Positions 17,874-24,810 of a stretch of 64,000 nt of DNA are shown here, piece by piece. Position numbers and translations under genes: made by a program. The notes under the pieces were generated by a model that saw only the letters and a program-made list of their open reading frames with translations, did no database searches and was not told the origin of the DNA. Source of the DNA: a virus; the IMG/VR virus record IMGVR_UViG_3300049255_000405; one strand, written 5' to 3'. How positions within the stretch are numbered: position 1 is the stretch's first letter; each line of letters opens with the position of its first letter.

Positions 17874-18581
17874 ATGAAGACGCAGACCAAGACCGAAATC
17901 CGCAACAACACGGCCAAGGCCACCAAGTTGCTGCGGGGCATCGACAACGAGGCGGCAGCGATCGCCAAGGACCAGGCGAAGCTCAACCAGCGCGTCGAGA
18001 ACGTGAAGAAGAGCGTGACCGTGGTCGCGTCCCTGCTCGGCGGCATCTCGAATACGGCCCTGGCGGCTCCCGTGGCTCCGGCCAAGCCCGCTCCGGCTGC
18101 CAAGAAGACGGCGGCGAAGCCCGCCAAGCCGGCCAAGCCCGCGAAGAAGGCGGCGGCCAAGCTCGCGAAGGCGGCGGCCAAGAAGGCAGCCAAGACGGCC
18201 AAGAAGGCAGCGGCCAAGGCAGCCCCGGCGAAGAAGGCGGCGAAGCCGGCGGTCGCCGCGAAGCCGGGCGAGCGTCCGCCGCTCAAGTCCCTCATCAACG
18301 GCACGCTCGACGCCGTGTCCAACGAGTGGACCCCCGCGGCCGAGATCTACAAGCAGGTGTGCGCCAAGGCCGGCTACTTCTCGCGCCAGTCGCTCTACAA
18401 CGCGCTCAAGGACGAGAAGTCGTACGAGAAGCAGGGCGAGGGCGCTGCGGCGAAGTTCCGCCGGGTCGCGGGAGCCTCGGCTTCGGCCAAGGCCGCTCCG
18501 GCGACCAAGACAACCGACGAGGAGGCCGACAAGTTCGTCGAGAAGTCGACGACCAACCCGGCCACCGCGGCGGCGACCTGA
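17874..18581 (+). CDS. Histone H1-like / AlgP-like Lys-Ala-Pro repeat DNA-binding protein
   Basis: GGAGGA RBS; central AKPAPAAKKTAAKPAKPAKPAKKAAAKLAKAAAKKAAK... repeats flanked by structured ends. Confidence 0.65.
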   Translation: MKTQTKTEIRNNTAKATKLLRGIDNEAAAIAKDQAKLNQRVENVKKSVTVVASLLGGISNTALAAPVAPAKPAPAAKKTAAKPAKPAKPAKKAAAKLAKAAAKKAAKTAKKAAAKAAPAKKAAKPAVAAKPGERPPLKSLINGTLDAVSNEWTPAAEIYKQVCAKAGYFSRQSLYNALKDEKSYEKQGEGAAAKFRRVAGASASAKAAPATKTTDEEADKFVEKSTTNPATAAAT

Positions 18582-18585
18582 GACT

Positions 18586-18660
18586 CGGGAACTGGAGTTC
18601 CCACCAGGCTAATAACCTGGGGCTTCGCAGCCATCGCAGGTTCGATTCCTGCCGGTTCGC
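18586..18660 (+). other. tRNA-like cloverleaf element (possible tRNA pseudogene, tRNA-like ncRNA or terminator cluster)
   Basis: Canonical T-arm GCAGG-TTCGATT-CCTGC, anticodon-like arm CCAGG-CTAATAA-CCTGG, D-like arm GGGA-ACTGGAGT-TCCC with U8/A14/GG, extra hairpin GGCT-TCGC-AGCC; no base-paired acceptor stem. Confidence 0.3.
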
Positions 18661-18756
18661 CGGAAGGCGAACTGCACGAGATGCTCTTCTGCTCGGCTTC
18701 TAAACACGAGGCCGAGCGAAGGCATACTTCGTAAAGCTCGAACCGCGTTACGTAAC

Positions 18757-19146
18757 ATGGGCGTGCTCGTTAGACCTTGCGTTGTACGCTCGCTCATGAA
18801 CGTGGCGTCTGACTACGCGTACGATTTCGGAGGCATCGACGTTCTGCACACATACGCCTGCCGAGTCGCTCGTCGCCTACTTCTCAAGAGTTCGTGCGAT
18901 GAGGACCACCCGGTCTTGGCCATAGAGGAACACCTCATCGAAATGGCCAAGTCGAGGCTCCAGGAGTTCCTTCTGGCGTCGTTCCCGGAGGACCCCTCCA
19001 TCATGCGTTTGAGTGCGATAGTCGCCGTCAAACGGGTGGCAGCTTCCAAAATCCAGGCCGCCGACATCGACCTTGCAGTCAAGAAGGAGCTGCTGGGTCA
19101 ACTCGACGAAATGCCCATGGACGACCTCATCCCTCAAGTGCACTAA
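18757..19146 (+). CDS. Hypothetical protein
   Basis: Track ORF; start uncertain (ATG 18796 possible). Confidence 0.4.
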   Translation: MGVLVRPCVVRSLMNVASDYAYDFGGIDVLHTYACRVARRLLLKSSCDEDHPVLAIEEHLIEMAKSRLQEFLLASFPEDPSIMRLSAIVAVKRVAASKIQAADIDLAVKKELLGQLDEMPMDDLIPQVH

Positions 19147-19147
19147 G

Positions 19148-19477
19148 ATGGAAGTCGAGTTTTTCAAGTGGGAAGAGTTCAAGATGGAGACGCTGCACCA
19201 GCAGATCGCGGCTGGCTGCGTCAGCATCGGATTCCAGGTCGAGCGGACCGTAGGTAGCGGTCCGGGCGCGCAGCTCGAGACCACGACCGTGCGCATCCAC
19301 GGCAGGCTCGGAGAGGACAAGGACCGCCCGCACCACTGGAAGATCTTTGCCGTCTTCGAGCAGAACGGGAACAAGAGGACCATGTCCCGCATCTGCGGAC
19401 CGAACGACGTCAAGGAAGAACTCGAGCGGAGCGTCAACACGGCTCGTTCGATGATGTCTGCACGGCGGCCCGCCTGA
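19148..19477 (+). CDS. Hypothetical protein
   Basis: ATG 2 nt after the preceding stop; internal start of track ORF 19073..19477. Confidence 0.45.
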   Translation: MEVEFFKWEEFKMETLHQQIAAGCVSIGFQVERTVGSGPGAQLETTTVRIHGRLGEDKDRPHHWKIFAVFEQNGNKRTMSRICGPNDVKEELERSVNTARSMMSARRPA

Positions 19478-19965
19478 TGGGAACCGAGATCGAACGAAGG
19501 TTCCTCGTCCAGGTCAACAAGCTCCCGGATCTGAAAGAGTACGACGCCGACATCATCGAGCAGGCGTACTTCTCCACAGATCCGTGGGTACGGGTCCGCG
19601 TGTACCAGCGCAACCAACCCAAGGCTGTCCTGGCCATCAAAGGCAAGGGCACAGTCAAAAGGCCGGAAGTCAACTGCGAGATTCCGGTCGCCAAGGCGCG
19701 CGAAATGTGGCCGCTCGCCAAGCACGAGATCCACAAGATTCGGCACTACGTCGACAAGTGGGAACTCGACGAATTCACCGGTGCGCACACCGGGCTATGG
19801 CTCGCAGAGCTGGAGCTGGAGCTGGAGTCGGAAGATACCGCATTCGAACATCCGGAATGGCTCGGTGAGGAAGTCACTGAGGACATCCGCTACACGAACG
19901 CCTTCTTGGCAGAGCACGGTCTGCCTAGTAATCTCCGGCTTGGGACTGCGCACTACATCCGATGA
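19477..19965 (+). CDS. CYTH-domain protein (triphosphate tunnel metalloenzyme family)
   Basis: N-terminal EIERRFLV (ExExK-type) motif and size typical of CYTH; TGATG overlap with the upstream gene. Confidence 0.6.
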   Translation: MGTEIERRFLVQVNKLPDLKEYDADIIEQAYFSTDPWVRVRVYQRNQPKAVLAIKGKGTVKRPEVNCEIPVAKAREMWPLAKHEIHKIRHYVDKWELDEFTGAHTGLWLAELELELESEDTAFEHPEWLGEEVTEDIRYTNAFLAEHGLPSNLRLGTAHYIR

Positions 19966-20264
19966 CGAAGCTCAACCCTCCTGTCACCATCTTCACAGGC
20001 GAAGCCGCCCAAGAGGTTGCCGAGGGTAGGGCCAAGCTCCATCATCTCTATCGAGACCAGCTCGCTGAACGACTCGGGGTGGCCCCCAAAGATCGGGTAT
20101 CGCTCGCGGTCGTGCAAGACGGGGAGAAGGTCTTCATTTCTTGTCTGGTCGACGGCGGGGATTTGACGCCAGGACAAGAAGAGATATTCCGCCAATTCCT
20201 GCTCGAGTGCAAGGGGATTGCGGGGATCATCGGGAGCCTTCCCGAGAAGCCCATCACTTCGTAG
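19962..20264 (+). CDS. Hypothetical protein
   Basis: ATGA overlap with the CYTH stop. Confidence 0.5.
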   Translation: MTKLNPPVTIFTGEAAQEVAEGRAKLHHLYRDQLAERLGVAPKDRVSLAVVQDGEKVFISCLVDGGDLTPGQEEIFRQFLLECKGIAGIIGSLPEKPITS

Positions 20265-20273
20265 TGTCCCGAA

Positions 20274-20801
20274 GTGGACTTCAATCTCGCGAATGCCCTC
20301 ACGCAAGTGAAGGTGGCAATGAAGGAGGCTTCGGACCGTGCCGGCGTTCGAAGGCTCCAGCTCTACAGCGAGAAGATCAAGTGCAAGCCCGGGTGCGCAA
20401 GCTGTTGCGCCCGGCAGATCTACATCACCGTCGCCGAAGCTCTCGTCCTGCAAGAGCATCTCGAGAAGAGCGGCCAGTGGCCGTACGTGCAGCAGCGGGC
20501 CTTCGCCAAGCTCTGCACGGCCTACGAAGTTCGGCCCGCACCGTGCTCTACTCACTTCGTCACTTCGGATCCGTCACAGTGCGATCCCTGGGTGACGAAG
20601 TCGACGCTTTACAAGTCAGTCGAATTCAAGGATATGCACGACCACTTCCAGAAGCGTCTTGAGAGGTGTGTCGACGGTCACGGCATCTTGGCGCTCAAGT
20701 TCCCTATGCCGATTGCTTTGATCTTCGCCTCGAGGATCAAAGTGCAGTCCGGACTTGGACCCAATGAGATTATGACTCTCATCTTCAACGAGCTGCAATG
20801 A
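20274..20801 (+). CDS. Hypothetical Cys-containing protein
   Basis: Track ORF; CKPGCASCC motif. Confidence 0.5.
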   Translation: MDFNLANALTQVKVAMKEASDRAGVRRLQLYSEKIKCKPGCASCCARQIYITVAEALVLQEHLEKSGQWPYVQQRAFAKLCTAYEVRPAPCSTHFVTSDPSQCDPWVTKSTLYKSVEFKDMHDHFQKRLERCVDGHGILALKFPMPIALIFASRIKVQSGLGPNEIMTLIFNELQ

Positions 20802-21022
20802 GTTACTGCCAGTTCTGCTCCAAGCCTGCGGAAGCCCTGGAGGAGACTGAGGCAGCAGTGTGCCCCAACTGCTGGGAACTCTTGAAGGAGCCGAGTACGG
20901 CTCTACCTCTCATCCGCGGGCATCTGACGCTCACCTTGCGCGGCACGATGCCGGAAGAGGCACTCAAGCGCAAGATCGATGCGTTTATGCAGATGATAGC
21001 CAGCTGGAAGAGGCCAGGCTAG
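20798..21022 (+). CDS. Small zinc-ribbon protein (CQFC...CPNC)
   Basis: ATGA overlap with the upstream gene. Confidence 0.45.
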   Translation: MSYCQFCSKPAEALEETEAAVCPNCWELLKEPSTALPLIRGHLTLTLRGTMPEEALKRKIDAFMQMIASWKRPG

Positions 21023-21694
21023 TCAGAGCGACGCAGGGACCGCACTGCGCAGAAGATTCTGAACCTGCGCGCGGATGTCGCGAATGGTCTTGCTCGAGAC
21101 CTTGCGACCGCCCCACGAAAGGGCTTCACGAATGACGTCGGGGTTGGCCCCGGAACGAGCGGCGCGGAGATAGCGCGCGATTTCCCACATGCCCTGCTTG
21201 CGCAGCGTGGCCTCGACCTCTTCCATGTGCTCGGTGAGAGAGTCGGTGGCCTGGGGATCGGGCGCGGCGACGTCGATGGTGTCGAGCATCGTGCGACTGT
21301 CGTCCGAGCTGTGCGGGGCGTCGATGGAATCGCGCTCCTTGTCGTAGCGGCGCTTGCGGTGCACGAGGTTAATGCACACGTTGTTGGCCACCATGTAGAC
21401 GTAGTGGCCGAAGCTGGATTTGCGCGGGTCGTGCGCCGACCGCGTGTAGTTCTTGTGGATGATGGCGACGTAGACCTCTTGGATCAACTCCTCCATCGGC
21501 ACGTCTTCCACCTTGAAGAACTTGTGCACGATGCGGATGATGTCCTTCTCCTTCGCGACGACGTCGACCCCGAGAGGAGTCTTGCGATCGTCATCGGCGA
21601 GGCGAGGCCAAGGTAGCCTATCGGGCGTCTTCTTGAGGGACTTTCCAGGAACTTGAATGGTCTTTGACCGTTGGCCACCGCTGACAACGCCCAT
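21023..21694 (-). CDS. Sigma-70 family (ECF-like) RNA polymerase sigma factor
   Basis: Region 2-like ELIQEVYVAIIHKNYTRS...FGHYVYMVANNVCINLVHRKRRYDKE and region 4-like C-terminus; GGAGG 8 nt upstream of ATG 21694; the remaining N-terminal half of the 485 aa track ORF looks non-coding. Confidence 0.7.
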   Translation of the reverse strand: MGVVSGGQRSKTIQVPGKSLKKTPDRLPWPRLADDDRKTPLGVDVVAKEKDIIRIVHKFFKVEDVPMEELIQEVYVAIIHKNYTRSAHDPRKSSFGHYVYMVANNVCINLVHRKRRYDKERDSIDAPHSSDDSRTMLDTIDVAAPDPQATDSLTEHMEEVEATLRKQGMWEIARYLRAARSGANPDVIREALSWGGRKVSSKTIRDIRAQVQNLLRSAVPASL

Positions 21695-21792
21695 GTTCGC
21701 GACCTCCGAAATGCGAAATGCGGAAGGCGTTAACCCCCGCCGATCTATCGCCTGTCCGAGCGCACTTTTCGGACGATCGTTGCAGTTTACCA

Positions 21793-21804
21793 CGCCAATT
21801 GGCG
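21793..21804. promoter_or_regulatory. Perfect 12-bp palindrome CGCCAATTGGCG in the divergent intergenic region, candidate operator
   Basis: Seen directly; about 35 bp upstream of ATG 21839 and about 100 bp upstream of the sigma gene start. Confidence 0.3.
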
Positions 21805-21838
21805 GCGTGCAAGCTGTTTTGTAAGGTCCAAGTATCCT

Positions 21839-22438
21839 ATGGGAACCGACGAGAAAGCCGACTACCTGCGCGAATGCATGTCCGACCCGGCGCTCGTGAA
21901 CCAGCCAATCCCAATCGACCAGTTTAGCCGTGCGTTCTGCGTGGTGTGTGGATACAAGCCCTGCGTTCGAAGCCGGGCCAACACCATGGTTTTTACGGAA
22001 CGAGTGGCTACCTGGCAACCTCGGCTGTTCACGAATGTCCCGAGAGCGGACGACAACGACCCGAACTATGCCCGGATACGGGCGAAGAACTTCCAGAGCG
22101 TGGACGAGCCTCTGGTGGTCAATACTCAAGCGGTCGCAGCTCCCGCGCCCACTCAGGCGCCAGCTCCGCAACCGCCGGACCCGCCGGTACATTCCACACC
22201 CGATCGACCTACGGAATCTCCTGTTCAGCAGGTTCAGACACCGCCGGCGCCCGTCCCCTTGGTCGCACAGCCTGCTCCTATGACGCAGGCCGCTAGCGTT
22301 AGCGCACCGCATCAGGAACCGACGCTCGATAATACTCCATTCGCCGGTGGGATTGTGCTGCCAGGCAAACCAGTCGACAAGAAAGAAGACAAATTCGTGG
22401 AGCCCGGCTCCACCTTCACTTTCGGCGACGATGACTGA
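21839..22438 (+). CDS. Hypothetical protein with Pro/Ala-rich linker
   Basis: Track ORF. Confidence 0.5.
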   Translation: MGTDEKADYLRECMSDPALVNQPIPIDQFSRAFCVVCGYKPCVRSRANTMVFTERVATWQPRLFTNVPRADDNDPNYARIRAKNFQSVDEPLVVNTQAVAAPAPTQAPAPQPPDPPVHSTPDRPTESPVQQVQTPPAPVPLVAQPAPMTQAASVSAPHQEPTLDNTPFAGGIVLPGKPVDKKEDKFVEPGSTFTFGDDD

Positions 22439-23297
22439 CAAGAAAGAAGGACCGCCGACCTGGGGTGAGGACATTTTCACCCTGGTGACCGCCCGCCAGT
22501 TGGGCTCGCAGCAGCTCGTCGAGCATGCCGAAGCTCAAATTGAGCGCCGCTACAGGCTCGAGATGCGCGAGAAGTTCCAGCGCGACCCGCGCGTCCGGCA
22601 GGCGCTGATAGAGTCGGCCGAGTGCTTGCTATCCGAAGGGACGTACGACTCCGTCCGCGGCCTGATGGTCGATGTGCTCCGCGCCGGCACCGAAGAAGTC
22701 TTCAACAGGATTCTGCACGAGCTGCTCGAAGAACTCGACGTGATGCACAAGCGCGAGCCTTCGGCGTATCTCGTAAGCCATCAGGACGGCAAAGTCCTGA
22801 TGCCGATCACGGACAAAGACGTCTACACGCCTCCTCCTTATGTTGGAGAGGACGGCATCACTCGGCCTGCGAAGCCGATCCTGCATCCGGCCATCTCAGC
22901 GCCGCTCACAATGCTGGCATTCGAGCAGGGTCGGAAGAACGAGGCCATCACTCGCGCCGTTGCCGCCGGCGCTCCGGCTGCAGTCGAACACCTCGTCATG
23001 GGGCCGGACGCCATACTCGAGCGCGCGAGGGTGCTCTTGCGAACTCAAGGGGTGACAGTTGAGCCATTAGAGAATGGCACCCCAGCAACTATCGAGGTCG
23101 GCAGGGAGCATGTCGACGACATGCTTCAAGCTCCGAATTACAATTTCCACCGCTCGCAAATGTACGGCTCACTTCTCGCCAAGAAGGTGCTGAATCTCTT
23201 GCGCGGGCAGGGCCGCTGCGACTTGAAGTCCGCGATCCTGAAGAAGGGCTCCAAGGAGCAGTGGTACGAAATCACGCTCGACTGGGCAGCGACTTAG
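22431..23297 (+). CDS. Hypothetical protein (288 aa)
   Basis: ATGACTGA overlap with the preceding gene; internal ATG of track ORF 22347..23297. Confidence 0.55.
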   Translation: MTDKKEGPPTWGEDIFTLVTARQLGSQQLVEHAEAQIERRYRLEMREKFQRDPRVRQALIESAECLLSEGTYDSVRGLMVDVLRAGTEEVFNRILHELLEELDVMHKREPSAYLVSHQDGKVLMPITDKDVYTPPPYVGEDGITRPAKPILHPAISAPLTMLAFEQGRKNEAITRAVAAGAPAAVEHLVMGPDAILERARVLLRTQGVTVEPLENGTPATIEVGREHVDDMLQAPNYNFHRSQMYGSLLAKKVLNLLRGQGRCDLKSAILKKGSKEQWYEITLDWAAT

Positions 23298-23835
23298 CAC
23301 GTTTCGATTCCCAGGCCGCGTAGTCCTCGAGTACGCACTGCAGGACGCACGCGAGCGCCCACTGGAATTCGGGCACGCCTGCGACGTGCACTTGCGCCTG
23401 GACGCCCTCTATGACGTCGAGGATGTCCGCGATGCGGCACCGCCACCGGAAGTCGACATAGACCCCGAGAGGTAGCATCGGGATGATGTCCGAGGGCTCC
23501 TTGATGAACGTCGAGAGCCGCTCGAAGATGTTGAGGAGCTGCTGCGTCCAGGCGCGCACCGCCACATTGACCTGGTCGGCACCGGACTGCGTGCCGCCGA
23601 ACACGTTCATCCGCTCCTGGGTTACTTGCGGTAGCCATACCGCGATCGGTTGATGGATGCGCGGATGATCGATGTAACCCGCTGCGAGTAGTTGCGGGAC
23701 AACCGTCTGAAAAAGGCAGCACGGCATCGTGATACCCAGCGCTGCTGTGCCAGAAGGAAAGTCGCGAGCGGTGAACGTGACTTGGCCATGTTCGAAGAAT
23801 CGTGTCTCGTCCCGAGGTTCAGGCTTTGTGTCCAT
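23272..23835 (-). CDS. Hypothetical protein
   Basis: Internal ATG 23835, 13 nt downstream of the dcd stop. Confidence 0.45.
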   Translation of the reverse strand: MDTKPEPRDETRFFEHGQVTFTARDFPSGTAALGITMPCCLFQTVVPQLLAAGYIDHPRIHQPIAVWLPQVTQERMNVFGGTQSGADQVNVAVRAWTQQLLNIFERLSTFIKEPSDIIPMLPLGVYVDFRWRCRIADILDVIEGVQAQVHVAGVPEFQWALACVLQCVLEDYAAWESKRAKSLPSRA

Positions 23836-24529
23836 CGAACATCTTCCAAGATCGAGACGGAACCGGGCCCTCGGCCAGCTCGCCCTTGTAGTTGCCTTTT
23901 TCTTTGTAGCTGTCGACCTCACCCACGATGGTGTGGAAGCGGATCTGGCAGAACCTCATGCCCGGGTAGACGATGAGGGGCTGCAGCACTGCGACCTCGA
24001 GCGTGTACTGCCCATCGAATCCGGGGTCGCCGTATCCAGCCGTCACGTGCACGAAGCAGAAAAGACGACCGATGGATGACTTGCCGTCGATGATGGGCAC
24101 ATACCGGTCGGTGCTGATGCGCTCCTGCGTGTGCATCAGATAGCCCACGCCCGGCATGAGGACGAATCCTTCATCCTGCATGGTGAACCGGGCGACCTCA
24201 TTCTCCTTGGCAGCATCGAGACATCCGCGCTTGAGTAGCGAGAACTTGGCTGCGGCGTCTTCTTTGGGTCGCACCTTCCAGCCCGGGAGACCCGTGACGA
24301 GATTCTTCAGCTCTGTACCATCGAACTCCTCGTAGTATGGGTCCGGGGAGAAGTTCGGCACGGTCGTGTCGGTATAGACGGCGATCTCGCGCCCGAGCGT
24401 CAGATCGTAGCTCGCGGGATTGAGCCTCTTGAGGCACTCAGGGTCCTTGGCGTCGAAGGGGGTGATTTTGATGTCTCCCTCTTGGAGGGCTCGCAGGATA
24501 GAGCGGCCCGACAGAATTCCTGATTGCAT
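23819..24529 (-). CDS. dcd: dCTP deaminase (dUTPase superfamily)
   Basis: LSGRSILRALQEG.I.I.P...ASYDLTLG...VHVTAGYGDPGFDGQYTLEV...PGMRFCQIRF aligns with Dcd. Confidence 0.85.
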   Translation of the reverse strand: MQSGILSGRSILRALQEGDIKITPFDAKDPECLKRLNPASYDLTLGREIAVYTDTTVPNFSPDPYYEEFDGTELKNLVTGLPGWKVRPKEDAAAKFSLLKRGCLDAAKENEVARFTMQDEGFVLMPGVGYLMHTQERISTDRYVPIIDGKSSIGRLFCFVHVTAGYGDPGFDGQYTLEVAVLQPLIVYPGMRFCQIRFHTIVGEVDSYKEKGNYKGELAEGPVPSRSWKMFDGHKA

Positions 24530-24561
24530 AGCGCACCTTTACGATACTGGTAGTGTGACTG

Positions 24562-24810
24562 GTGATCCTGACAACTGAAGAGATTGCCGGAATCAAAATG
24601 TCTGCATCCCGGCTATCCGTAGATGAGGTAGTCGGTCAGTTGCAGGTTTTCCTATCCCGGGAGCGGGCGCTGTTCGAGCTAATGCCGGAAGACGCCGAAC
24701 AGAAAATGGTGATGTTGCACGGCATGGCCTGTCTGGTCGCGGCAGCAGCGATGCTGATGCCTAACCAAGACCAAACAACTTCGTCAGGGCCTGGAACTCC
24801 ACCGGGTTGA
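24562..24810 (+). CDS. Hypothetical small protein
   Basis: Track ORF convergent with polA; weak. Confidence 0.2.
   Translation: MILTTEEIAGIKMSASRLSVDEVVGQLQVFLSRERALFELMPEDAEQKMVMLHGMACLVAAAAMLMPNQDQTTSSGPGTPPG

Noticed and set aside
18586-18660. Canonical tRNA gene
   Set aside because: T-arm, anticodon-like and D-like arms are present, but no 7-bp acceptor stem can be formed with any upstream heptamer and the anticodon loop would read AAU. Reported as a tRNA-like element instead.
21695-22480. N-terminal 260 codons of the 485 aa sigma-factor ORF
   Set aside because: The sequence is R/G/C-rich, lacks sigma region 1/2 features, overlaps the divergent + strand gene at 21839 and the intergenic palindrome. 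An internal ATG with GGAGG RBS at 21694 gives a normal-length sigma factor.
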